From: Cenococcum geophilum | Lineage: Eukaryota | Direction of reading: 5' to 3' | Length of the DNA stretch: 64,000 nt | Assembly (NCBI GenBank): GCA_050273025.1 | Contig: CP158635.1 | Location: 20,212,001 to 20,276,000 of the forward strand | Shown: piece by piece, positions 12,496-25,859 of the stretch | Layout: every line of letters begins with the position of its first letter | Numbering within the stretch: the stretch's first letter is position 1 | Made by a program: the position numbers and the translations under genes | The notes under the pieces: generated by a model | Database searches by the model: none | What the model saw: only the letters and a program-made list of their open reading frames with translations | Told to the model about the DNA's origin: nothing

Positions 12496-13267
12496 TATTA
12501 TAAACCTTATATCGGCAGTAGTACGACTACTAAGAAGAGATATAAATAGGTTAGTTAAGATAGTACGGGAGGCGCTAGAACTGATTAAGCCATAAAATAA
12601 GGGGTAGCTAAGTTATAACGTACTTCACAAGCGAGTCGCGAATACAAGCGAGCCGCGAACCTCAAAACTCACCAAAAAATGGCAAAATCGCACCTTAATA
12701 TCTCGACAACCACTTAATAACAATTAATGCAAATTTAATAGCGGCCTATTAATATAATAACTAACCTATATAGGAAGTATTGGAAATCTTATATAAGTGG
12801 AAGTAGGTTAAATAGAAAAGTTAAGGCAATTCCGCCCCCACTTTCCTATTTAACCTACTTCCGCTTATATAGGATTTCCAATACTTCCTATATAGGTTAG
12901 CTATTATATTAATAGGCCGCTATTAAATTTATATTAATTATTATTAAGTGGTTGTCAAGATATTAAGGTGCGATTTTTCCATTTTTTGGTGAGTTTTGAG
13001 GTTCGCGACTCGCTTGTATTCGCGACTCGCTTGTAAAGTACGTTATAGCTAGTTATGTTATAAGTTCGGAATATAGGAATATAGGACGTACCAACGTACT
13101 AACGTACCAACGTACTTAGTACATTTCTTAGGCGCAGTATTGTGTATTTAAAGGACCATAGTCCTTACCTAGATAGTTCTCTTCTTTATAGTAAATCTTA
13201 AAATATAATTAGAGTTAATCTATTAGGCAACTACTCCATTAGTTATTATTTACTATAAGCTTTATAG
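12496..13267 (+). mobile_element. Truncated Gypsy LTR (family A) interrupted by a MITE
   Basis: Matches the reverse complement of the LTRs at 29120-29542 and 46781-47667. Confidence 0.8.
12618..13043. mobile_element. Fold-back MITE, 426 bp (204 bp arms, 18 bp spacer), pogo/Fot1-type ends
   Basis: 12618-12821 is the near-perfect inverse of 12840-13043. ACGT termini with TA TSD. Empty site visible in the LTR copy near 29420. Confidence 0.95.
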
Positions 13268-13498
13268 TGTAAAGAATTGAATAAACGACTTAATTGTAAA
13301 TGTAGCTCTAAAGCCTCTATATATATATAAAGAAGGTGGAGGTAATAAGATATAATAGGGTAATAGGTAACTGAAATGAGAACAGTGATTTACAAGTAAT
13401 ATTGATCTGCAATCAATATATAGGGTAGCGTCAACGCTATCTTAGAGCCTTCCAAGCGGTGATCTTATGTCTTAGCATAGTATCAGTAGTCGGTTACA
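13268..13498 (-). mobile_element. 3' LTR of another minus-strand LTR element
   Basis: TGTAA...TTACA termini, followed by ta-cccccc-t, a polypurine tract on the minus strand. Confidence 0.6.
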
Positions 13499-14839
13499 TA
13501 CCCCCCTAGATTTAACGGTGTAGTTAAAGCTGTAGAATATAAAATGAAGGCAGAAGCTATACCAAAATAGGAAATTTAAATACAATTTGAGAGTAGCAAA
13601 CGGATAGGGTAACTGTAACGGATATTGTAAATATTATAAATATTGCGGATATTACGGATATTATAGATATTACGAATGGAATTAATTAATCTAATGTCGA
13701 ATATCCACCAAATTCAATTGCTTTATCTAAGCTTCGTACTTTTAACAAGGTAGGATCTTAGTAAGGCCGTTAGTAGGCATCTTGTCTATAGGGACTTATT
13801 AAACGTTAATCTTTTTATCTTAGACTTCCTATCTTAGCCAGTGTTAATAAATGTCGATATATCGAAGCTTAGTATCAAGCTTTATAGATATTTACTTTTA
13901 CTATAACTTTTTTTATTTAAATTTTTATTTTAAAGGTGTAAAAGTTTATTATAACCCTTTAAACCCTAATTTTTTCAAATTTGTATGGGAAATTACATTT
14001 TTTTTTTACATTTTTTTTAAGTTTATAACCTTACAATAAGTTTTTTATACTTTTTAAAAGAAAAATAAAGTAGAGAGAGTTTTAATAAAAGCAAATTTCT
14101 ATAATATATTAGATTTTTAAGAAATATTTTTAATATCTAGTAATAGAAAATATATACTAAATATAGTAAGTTTTAGTAGGAAGTTAGTAAGATCTAGAGA
14201 CTTTTAACAAAGGACTATAGATTTTAAATACTAAAAAAGCATCGCGATTACTAGACGATACATCTATAAGTAGCTATGGATTTTTTTAAGCTCTAGAATT
14301 AATTACGTGACTTTTATATAGCATTTTGGCAAAAAGTGTCATTTTTGACATGACCTTGGCACGGACACTTTTGACAAGGTACTATAGTAGATCCTATAGA
14401 TAATCTAGCTTATCTATTACCTTTAACCGATCCTTTTATTTCTAGCTTTTTCTTAATATTATCTAACCTACTCTTTTCTAATATTTATATACCTTTTTTA
14501 TAGCATTCCTTAGATTATCTAGTAGTTTTTAGGTAATCTTATTATAGCCTATCTACTTTGCTTTATACTATACTTTATTATTAATATTCTTATAGTTAAC
14601 AATCTTTAAAACCTACTATTTATCTTCTTTTTATTCTTTATAAACTAGTAGCTTAATATTTCTATATACTAGTTCTATTATTGCAATCTACTATATAAGG
14701 TAAACCTTTATTTTAGCTAGTAGGTTTAACTTAAATATAACTAGTAAAATCTTCTACGTAATTTTAAAAGGTCCTAGTTTAACGTAGTCTAATTTCTTAC
14801 TTAGTTATTAACTCTTAAAATTTTTGTATAATAGCCATA

Positions 14840-15064
14840 TGTTAGGTAAAACCTAAGTAGATAGTTATATAGCCGTAAGGTACGGGCGACCCTGGGGCAA
14901 CCTAGGGGTGACTCGCCCGTAAGGCACGTGCTCTATACGTGCCTAGGGAAAACCCTTCCTACCTCGCACACAGACTCCTCCTTTTCCCTTAAGGATTTGT
15001 CTCTGTCTATATAATATACCTATTGTTCTATTATTAGACTCCCTATCCACATCCTTACCTTACA
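14840..15064. mobile_element. Solo LTR
   Basis: TG...CA termini; TSD ccata/ctata; the host integrase sequence rejoins when it is removed. Confidence 0.85.
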
Positions 15065-17014
15065 CTATACTTTATCCCCCTCCTTAAGATTTGATCCCTT
15101 AGATCTCTTAACATTATAATATCTTTTTATCCTTTCTTATACTATTTTTACTAATTTAATAAGGTTTATATAAAGATTTATTAATATCTCTATTCTTAGC
15201 TCGTATCTATAATTCGCCTTAAATAGTAATGTCTTGATTTTTTCTTATAGTAATATATTATATATAAACTATATAATTAGTAATAATAATACTCAATTAT
15301 TCTATATATAGTTAATGTAATATCTTAAATACTGTTTTAGCGTCTAATTTAGTCTTTCTATCTATCTATCCGTTTATAAATAGTACGCTATTTATATTGC
15401 TGCGCGAACCCCTTATTTCGCTAAGAATACCTCCTAAAATACTATTATAAATCTTAGATATCTATCTAATATAATTTTACTTAGTGCTCTATACCTAATA
15501 AATACTTCTTTAATATAGATTCTAGCCATATCTTCCGCTAAGATTTCTTTTATACATGCTATAAAGTAGCCCTATTTAGTTAATTTATCTACTATTACTA
15601 AGATCGCGTTATAGTCTTATCCGGTAATAGGATCTTTTAACTTTAGTAACTTTATAATAAAGTCCTATAATATAACCTGTTATAGTCTCTCTAACATCTT
15701 AATAGGTTATAGTCCTCTATATAGCTTATACCTTATTAATTAATTTCTTTAAAAATTCAGATACTTCTTTATAACTTTCCTTACTACTTTTTAGATCCTA
15801 TTAATAATATATTCCTCTTAGAGTTTTAATACTAAGTATATAGCTCTATTATATTCCTAAGTCGCTCCCTTATAAAAATCTTTAATAAAATATTCCGCTG
15901 TACTTCTTAGAATATACTTCGCTTTTTAGTCTTTATATATATCCGTATATAAGTCTTTTAGCTATACTTTTAGAATCTATTATACCTAAAAGCTTTTTAG
16001 TATTTTATAGATTCTTTCTAACTTATCTTTTTTATGTTACTACTAGTTTAGGATAATTATACTTAATTAATTTATCTTCGTCTTTACATAATATAGCCCC
16101 TAAAGGTTTCTTATTGTTCTATAATTTAGCCTTTCTACTAAGTGCGTCTAGCCTTATATTTCTATGCCCTTAATATACTAAATTTTAAAATAGTATTCTG
16201 TAAGTATCTTTACCTATTTAACCTATCTATAATTAAGTTCTTTTGTTATTAGGAACCCTATTAGGTTCTTAAAGTCTATTTTAACTATAAATAGTTTCTT
16301 TATACCTTATAAGAATGCTCTCTATTCCTTAAGTACTATAACTATACTTAATAACTTCTTGTTATAGATATTACAGTTTAGTTCTAGTAGTATTATCTTC
16401 TAACTATAGTACGCTACTAGGTACTATATATTTTAATACTTTTATAGTAAATATACTCCCAGTACAAAGTCTAATACATCTATTTTAAAGATTAGTTCTT
16501 AGGTAAATAACTCCTTAAGTTTCTTAAACAACTTTTTTTATTATCTCCCTATACCTATAGTTCCTCCTTCTTTATTAATCTTATAAATAGCTTAATATTT
16601 ATTAACTATTGTATTTTAAACCTCCTATAGTAGTTACAACCCCCTAAAAAGAATCTTAACTATATAATATTCTCTAGTTTTTACCAACTTACTATAGCTT
16701 CTATCTTCTTTAGGTCCATACTAATATATCCTAGTTTAATAATAAATTTAATAAAATTGGTCTTCTTAGTAAAAAAACTCGTGTTTCTTAATTACTACTA
16801 ATATCTATTCTTTTTACAGTCTCTTTAAGACTTATTTAACGTGTTCCCTATATTCTTCCTTAATTATTAAGTAGATAATAATAATAAGATATAGTATAAC
16901 GAATTTATTAAGGTATTCTTCTAATACGCTATTAATTTGCTTCTAAAACATTACTAGTGCGTTTATAAGCCTAAATTGCGTAACTAATACCTTATATAGC
17001 CCTTCCTTTAATTT

Positions 17015-20000
17015 TGTCAGGAATGAGGCAATTTGCCCTTACGTGCGGCAAATTGCCGTCACGTGAGGCAACTTGCCGTCACGTGCCGTCGTGGCACTAG
17101 CGCGGTGAGGAACCTTAAGTTCCTCACCCTCCCCTATCTAATACAACAAGCTTTTCCATCACTATATCTACTCGAGTAGTATTGGTGATTTCCCCTATAT
17201 TACCAACACTGATTAATGGTTAAATATACAGTTAACTATAGAATAGTAAGGTTTTTAATAGAAGAGACAGTCTTGTGTAGGGGTGCTATATACGCTTATA
17301 TGGAATGGATCTCGGCGATACTATACTACTTTAGACTTGCGGAAAACTAGTAATAGAAGTGTTACTAAGTACTAGGAGATACTAAGTTGCGTCTATTACG
17401 TAGAATAATTGCGTTTATAAAGATTTGGTCGAGTACTCTAGGTTAGAAGTATTACTAAACCTAGGGTCCTAAATCAACGTCCGAAACGCGTTAAACAACA
17501 TCTTAAATTGCCTACCTTTTAACAGCAAACCTACGAGATTCTACAAAACCGAAAACCCTACCTACCTTCGACGTACGACACCCCGTTAATTCTATACTAA
17601 TTATGGCGTTAACCTACCTAAAGAAGTACGAGAAGGACATTAACCCGGAGACATGGCATAAAGATATTAACCCTATAAATGCCAAATAATAGGACCTAAA
17701 CGGATTCTTACTATACTATATGGCATACTATAAAGACAGCGAATACAATAATACTATGCTTTGGTATTATATAAAGGAGGACTTTATTAGATGGATAAAG
17801 GAAATATAGGCTCTCGCAATAAAGGTTATCGTGCGAGACTTCCGTAACTTCCTTCAGGAGAACAGAGTATTTGTCCCTATAGATGGGGGCGCTATTAAAG
17901 ATAATATTTAGGAGCATATTATTAACGCAAAAGAAGAGCATAAATGGACTCCATAAGAAATTAAGCACCAACTACGCACTATAAGGAAGCTTAACTTATA
18001 ATAGAATCTAAATGATATACTAATAAAGATATGTTCTAATTCCATTACTCTAGAGCAAGTATAAGACCCCCTTGCTTCGCGATTTAATAACCTTTAAACT
18101 TTACTAGAGTAAGACTAGGTACCACGCCGTATTCTATTAGGCTCTATATCTCCACTATAGCCTATAAAGTAATCCCTACCTTAATCTCTAATGTAATTTT
18201 AACGTGGCCTAATACCGCTTAAAGACACCTTAAAGATGCTTATAGAGCTTACGAAGCTCTATTCGGACCAGGAGAAGAGGTTTAGCGGGGAACTGTATAA
18301 TATCCTTAATTTAAAGCTGCGTATCTTCTACGACTGTTGCTAGAAGGTTAGACTAGAACCTAACTAATATTATAACGCCTATTCCGTTATACTTAAGGGC
18401 CGCGCTAGTACCTTCTATTATAATTATCTGGTAGGAAAAGGATATAATTTTAACTAAATAATATATAAGATAAGATGCCACTTTAAAATAGAAGAGAATA
18501 AGTAGCAGTATATGTTGGAGTGGAGAGAGACTACCTTTTTAAGAATTATTGCTATAAACCTAGGTATCTCTCGGCTTAATTATTTTTAAAAGCTCTTTAA
18601 TTAACTTTAGATGATTTAGCGTGGTTTATCCAAATTATATTAAGAGGATTTTAGCCTACGCGATTAAGTTATTAGCGTATGCTAAGGTGTTAAAGAATGC
18701 AACCTTGCTCTCTTTAATCCTATAAACACTTATAAAGGAGTATATGCCCAATTAAGATCCTCTATTAGTATAGCTCTGCGCTCTTAAGAAGTATAGCAAT
18801 TTAACACCTAATCCTAACCTACTTTAATCAACCTAACCGACTAATACGATTATAACTGGACCGATTAAATATATGGTGGCCACGGTAGGGGATATAGTAG
18901 AGGGTACAATTAACGTTAACCACGAGGTAATTATAGAGGTTTATTTTAGAGCGATTGTTAAAAGAAGTGCTATGTTTATAAGAAGCCAAATTGCTAGTTA
19001 ACTAGGCACCCCCTTAATAGACGAAAGGAGGTATATAATAAGTTCCGCCAGAGCGTATAAAACGTCGGAAATTATAAGGTTACTACGGCCTACTTTTAAA
19101 GCTTCCTGGTTTAATATAAAGGTATAGAAGATCTTAAGGGTAAGGTTAACAAGGCCGAACAGCTCCTTATAGATATGGAAATTAAGGACTACTCCTCCGA
19201 CTAATACTTTACCAAGTATAGTAAGGTAAATGGCATATAAACCATCGCTGTCCTTAATAACTAATCTACGCTCCATTCCGTTATAAAGTTAGATATCTTT
19301 AATAAGCTAAAGGAAAGTTCCGCGTTCTCCTTTAACAACAGATACTCGGCGAACGTCTTCTATAGTATTATGCTAGATACTAGAGCCGCAGGAGTATCTA
19401 CAGTAGGAGAACCTTAAGTTTAAGCCCTTTAGCAGCTTAATAGATCTGTTTAGATCAACTAATTAACGGCAGGCTAATATATAATCCGCTTTGGCAAGGG
19501 TACTATAATCTCTCTTGGTATAATTAAGGTCCAAACCCTATTAGGATATATTACTTTCTATATTATTCCCGCAAATACCCGTTTCTATTCTACATCTGAG
19601 ATATAGATAGATTAGGCGTTAAGCTTAACAACCTTAAGAACGTGCTTATCTAGGGAGATAATTAGGTACCCGTTATACGCAAGTAGGGTCACCCTTAGTT
19701 GCTCCTTTAACAGCTAGAAAGGAGCGTTACTTAAAGCTATTTAACCGAGTTAGAGCTACGCCAACTATATTATTATTTTAGTCACCTATCCGTCTACTAA
19801 CTGCTTAGGGTCCTTTAACGAGCAGGTTATAAGGTTAAGGTTAAGATAATTAAGCATCTTATAAAGTACTGCTATTACTATTAAATAAACCAGAAGTCCC
19901 CTAGCCGATTTAAGTTTACCCTTAAAGATAACTACGACTTTAACTTCTGTATTATTATTAATATTATATATCTTAACGGCAAGCCAGTACTTTAAGTTAT

Positions 20001-22974
20001 TAACTTTTTAACCTCCTTCTAAGCCGCACGTTTCCTAAGGGATATATCAGCTAGGAACGCATAGGATACTCTTTAATTATACTAGATTAATGTCTACCTA
20101 GGACCCCCTAACTAAGTCATTTATAATATAGGAAGGAACTTCTTATCTATAGGGTTTCGGTAATAAGTAAAGGCAATAGCAATTAAGGTTAAGGAAGTCC
20201 CTGTTAAGGCATATAATAGCGTTAAAAAAGTAGAACGATACCATACGCCATTACGCCAAGTATATAAGATTATTTCTTTAGAACTAGAGGACGCTAGTAA
20301 AGAGCTTATCTTATAGATAGCTATTAAGGCTGTTAACAATTCCGCTAGTCTAGATGGACTTATACCTATATTACTAGTCTTTAGCGCTTACCCTTAAATA
20401 ACTAATAATTCTCCACTATCTCTCTCTATTATGTAACGAGCTGAGGCTATTTATAAGGCAATAAAAGAGGTGCGATGTATCTACGCTATACGCTAGGTTA
20501 ACAACGCACTAGGAATAAGAAATGGCCTAAATACCTTAACTACGCTTAATTTGCCTCTCTAATCTAAAGTACAGGTATAGCGTAAGAAGGGAGGATAGTT
20601 AGGGCCATATAAACTTATTATAAGTAATAGTTAAACTTATACTCTTTAAATGCCCTATAGACCCACTTAATTCCGTTTAACCGTTATTAAGCCCTATTAT
20701 AGGAATAATAGTTACGAGCCTTTATAGGATGCCCTAGAGGATTCCCTAGAGGATGCCCTAGAGGATACCCTAGAGGAGAACCACGATTAATGTGCTCTAG
20801 AAGGAGACCATAATTCTAATATAATTACAGCAGATGTACCGCAACTATAACGCGGTAGAGGTTGCCTGAAAGGATTATAAAATTGCCAACACCTTGTTAA
20901 TTTTAAAGAGCAATTTGTTACCGCTATTAAGAGTAGAGATGAGTTATTAATGGCCTTTATAATAGCTAAAGAGAAGGCTAACTTTAAGCTCGTAAAATAG
21001 CTTTAAAAGGAAGGCCGTATTATAACCCTAGGAGCTTCTTTTTAAGCATCTGACAAATAAGAGATCGACGGTCTTATTTTAAGAGGAGTCTTTAAATTTA
21101 AGAAGTATAACCCTACTAAGTTTAATGGAGTTTATATCTTTAAGTTAAGAATGGTTAACGAGATTAAGGGCAAAGCTACTAACGCCCTATTTGAGAAATC
21201 AAGGCTTATTATCTAAGGTTACAATAATAATAGTAAGGAGGTAATCCTTACGCAATCCCCTATAATTTAACGAGCTAGTTAGCAAGTTATTATTACACTA
21301 GCTCCCTCCTTAATAAAGAACAAAATGGCAGTTTATTTACGAGATATTACTTAAGCCTACACCCAATTAGAGACGCACCTTTAGCGCTTAATATTAGTAT
21401 ATCTTCCAGAATAAATTCGCCACTAATATCCCAAAGATATAATTATGGTTGTTCTTAAGCCATTATACAAAATCGCAGAGGTAGGAACCTATTAGTGGGC
21501 TACCTATAGCAAGCACTATAAGGAGAAGCTTTTAATAACTACTTCTATATTCGATCCTTGCTTCTTTATTATAACTACGGGAACTCTATTTAGAATCGTT
21601 GGTATATAAACCAATAATATAATTATCTTAGGAGACGACCAATTCTTAGCTCTTAAAGAAGACGAGCTAGTAAAGGCAAATCTTATAGCGAAGCTAAAGG
21701 AAAGACTTAGTTTAATAACACCATTGCTCTTTAATAGATGCATCCTCTCCCTAAATAAGGATTCTATTGCTTTGCGCTAGAAGGGTTAAGGTAAGAAGAT
21801 CGACGTTATTAACGTTAATTCTTTAAAGTAAGGATACGTGGAGTAACGCGCTTGCGGAGCTTATATTACTTTTATCTATTAACCTAAGGCTTCCTTTAAT
21901 CTCTCTATTGCCGCTTAATACCAGGAACTAACTAAGGATGACGTTCTTACCCTAAATAAGCGTCTTTTCTGGCAAATGAACTATCTCAATTAAGGACTAC
22001 TCTACGTACCTATTAATTTTCCTACCGCTAAGCTCTTCGTGTTTATTAATGGGTCGTTTATAAATAATAAAGATTTTAGCTTTTAGCTAGAATATAAGAT
22101 TATTATCGCGAATAAATCTACCGAAGAGAATAACTTTACGATCTACGGCAATCTTATTTATTAGAGCTTAACTAAAAGTAAGCGTATTACTTAAAGCGTT
22201 CTAGCGTTAGAGATATATAGAATAGTTAGCGGAGTTAATATAGTAATTGCAATCGGAACTACCTTAAAGATAATTATAGATTAACTTAAACTTCCTATTA
22301 TCCCTATAATCGTATACACCGACTTATATTCCCTCTATAAGTGTTTAGTTAAGCTTAGTACCATAAAGAAGAAGCGCCTTATAATTAATATTATAGCACT
22401 ATAGCAATCTTATAAGCGTTAAGAACTCTTTAAAATTTAATAGATTAATAGCTAAGATAACCTAGTAGATATAATAATAAAGGCAAACCTAAATAAGGCG
22501 CTAGAGACGTTTGTTAATATAAATACTTTATATATACGAGTTAAAGGTTAAGTTAAGAGGGAATAGAAGATGCGGCGAGGGCTGCTAAGGCGCTAGTGGT
22601 AAGCAAGCCAATAGCGATTTTCTATGCCGGGCATAGAAAATTGTAATTGGCTAGCAGAAGTCCGGGTCGGCAAAATAAGGCGTATTACCTGCTAAAGTCT
22701 GCTATATTCTACCCACTGTTATATTATTATATACGGTCTATTTATATATAGATAGCAACTATAAAAAGAAGAGTTGCCAGTATCGGGAATGAGGCAATTT
22801 GCCCTTACGTGCGGCAAATTGCCGTCACGTAAGGCAACTTGCCGTCACGTGCCGTCGTGGCACTAGCGCGGTAAGGAACCTTAAGTTCCTTACCCTCCCC
22901 TATCTAATATAACAAGCTTTTCCATCACTGTATCTACTCGAGTAGTATTAGTGATTTCCCCTATATTACCAACA
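17015..22974 (+). mobile_element. Full-length Ty1/Copia retrotransposon (GalEa-like), RIP-inactivated
   Basis: 194 bp LTRs at 17015-17208 and 22781-22974; TSD aattt; PPT aaaaagaagag. Order gag (KKCYV.KKPNC.STRH), PR (DT(G)AAG), IN (KVERYH.PLR), RT (KSRL.IQG, DITQAY, QTDD), RH (DGSF.NN, TDS). Confidence 0.95.
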
Positions 22975-24106
22975 AATTTAAAGGCTGCCTTTTATTTATT
23001 GCCTTCCTTAATCTTAATTTAATAATATACCTATCTTAGATCTATTTTATAAAGATTTATATATTATCTATCTAATCTTAAATTTCGCTAATTAAGGATA
23101 AAGAATACCTATTCTTTCTAGTAATGCTATTTAACTATCTATAGTTAATATATAGTCTAAGGTTTCTATTTTTCTTTAGTACGAATAATACTAAATATCT
23201 CGCTAATAATTACAATGGCCTAATATATCCCTTTTATAGGTTCTCTTAGATAAACTCTTTTAATACTCTTAACTCCTCTTAAGTAAGCTTATAGATTAGA
23301 AAGAACCTTAAACTCATTTTTAGTTCCAACTCTATTTTATAGTTCTATACTATATATTTTAATTAGTTTTTCACTCTCTAAACTCTATAGATTTTTACTA
23401 TACTTATAGCATCTCTTTATATATTTCTCTAACTTAGTACTATACTAGCTTAGTCTATTATTATATTTTGCGTTATTAAGTAATTATAATATTAACCTAA
23501 CCTATAACCTAATTAATCCTTAAATTACATTTCTATAACTAACGCATCCCTAAAACTGCCTTATCTCGCCCTAATAATAAGATATTAAAAGATATCGTAA
23601 TTAGCCTTCCTTTAATAGTTATTTAAATAAGATCCATTTTAAAATTAATAATACCTCCTTTATAGGCTATAAAATCTTCTAAAATTAGAACTAATAAAGA
23701 AGGGTACTCCTTTTATCTATGGAGTAGTCCTATCTATTTAACCATTACTAGTAAGATATAGTTTCTTATTGCTCCACTATCTATTAGTACTTTAAACTAT
23801 TAATTTTACTAATTAACTTTTAAATTTAGGTGTTGTTTTTAAATTCCTTTAAGGGTTTTAAGCTCTACTATTAGCTTTGTTTAGTCCTATAGGCCTTACC
23901 TTTTCCTAACTATTAGCCACTAGATTTTATTTATACTTAGTCCTCCTTTAGCTAATACTTAATTTATTTATTTTCTTTAATATGCTATAAATATATATTC
24001 TCTAGGCATTTCCACTACTATTATCTATCTAGGCATTCTTCTATAAAGAACCTCCTTAATTAAAATATTAAGTTATTTAACTCCTAAACTTCTACTAGAT
24101 GCTAGC

Positions 24107-24335
24107 TATAAGGCATATTGCCTAGGTGTATAGTAGGGAGTAGGTAAGCCGAGCATGAGTTATAAAGAGTCGATAAAAGAGAGGACGATATAGTAAAGAG
24201 TATAGCAATAGCCTCGTACAGAGAGAGATAAACCAATAAGGAGGACACGAGGGCTGTAAGCCTAAAGGAGCTTATAAGGAGGTGTCAAGGGCTAACTAAA
24301 GGCTGGCATCGTCAGCCGCTAAAAGATCCCTTATA
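24107..24335. mobile_element. Solo LTR (related to 47257-47512)
   Basis: tataagg...ccttata (RIP of TGTAAGG...CCTTACA); TSD ctagc/ccagc. Confidence 0.85.
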
Positions 24336-25859
24336 CCAGCCGTATATATACTTAACATTTCTATATTATTACTTATCTGGCGCCTAATATATCCTTATAG
24401 GGTACTTCTTATTTTTTGCTTTTGGCGTACTATATATTTTATATTAGTTATTTATATATACTATCTCTCTTAGGTTAACTCTAAGTTTATCTTTATTCTT
24501 AAGTTTAAACCTCTGCCTAGTTAATCTATATATTAGGTTTATATTTACTAGTACTAAGATTTATTTTTTACTTCTCTAGTTCTATAATATTTCTTCTAGA
24601 TTTCTAGACGTTATAATTAATACTCCTTTAATGTAAGATATATGTCTTTTAGTAATTACTTAATCTTAAATAACTTTTTTATCTAGCTATATATAGAAAC
24701 CTTCCTACTTATTATTATATCGCTGCCTGTACTACTTTTAATATAACTCTATAAGCGTATACAACCTATTTATAAGGCAGTATCTTATTACTACTACATT
24801 ACAACCTTTAGTATACCGTCCTTTAAATCTAGTTAAAATTTCTAAATTCTTTTCTTCTTCTAGTTCTTTAAGCTGTTTTACTCTTAGCGTGCCTAGTTTA
24901 TGCCTATTAGTAATTCTTTTATATAGGTGCTCTATTCTAGGGTTTACCTAGCATTTATAATCTTAAGTAACCCCTTTATTCTTACCACGCTTTAATTTAA
25001 TTCTTAAATTATATTTAGTCTTCCTCTAGTTTATATCTAGCCATTAAATTCTCTAAATTCTTAAATTTTATAATTTTAGTATTAACTATTTAACTCTAAG
25101 GTTAAATACTTTATTTACCTACTATGGGCGTCCTTATTCATTTATTAAAATCTTAGTCTCTTAGGAATCTCTATCCTATACTTATTTATTTATCTTTAAA
25201 CTAAGCTACTACTCTTTCCTATTAGTTTTCGTCCGTGATAGGTTCTTAAATATCTCTTATTTTATTTTAAGAATTTTAAGCAGCTCTTATCCTTTTTTTT
25301 AAAATCTTAAACTTATAGCCTTTCACCTTTATTAAGTGCCAAAGTAGCTTACTATCCTACTTCTCTTACGTCTTATAAAGTAATAGACACTATATCTAAT
25401 AGGGTTTTAATTCCCATTACTAATCCTTCCTCTATAGTAGATTCTGCCTCTACCTCTATTATTACGTTCTTAAGGTCTATATACTTTTAGTAAGCTGTCT
25501 TTATTACCTTATTATTACTACTAATAGTCCAATTATCTTAGCCTTTAAATTCTATTACCTTTTATTAAAACTAGTACGTAAGAACTCTTTTCGCTAAATA
25601 CTAACTAAATATAATATCTTAGTCCTAATCTAGTTTATAGAGTTAATCCTATTCTTTATCTAACTCTACTATACCCTAGAGTCCTTTCAACTTAGGCTGT
25701 TATAGCTAATAGCTTATATTATACTTAGCGTCTTTATAAACTTAGTATATATTATTATAATAAAACGCGAAACTCTTAATTAAATATTCCTTTATTCCTT
25801 ATAGTATATTATCGTCCCTCTATATATATATCGTCTACTAGTCTAGTTCCCTTTACTAT

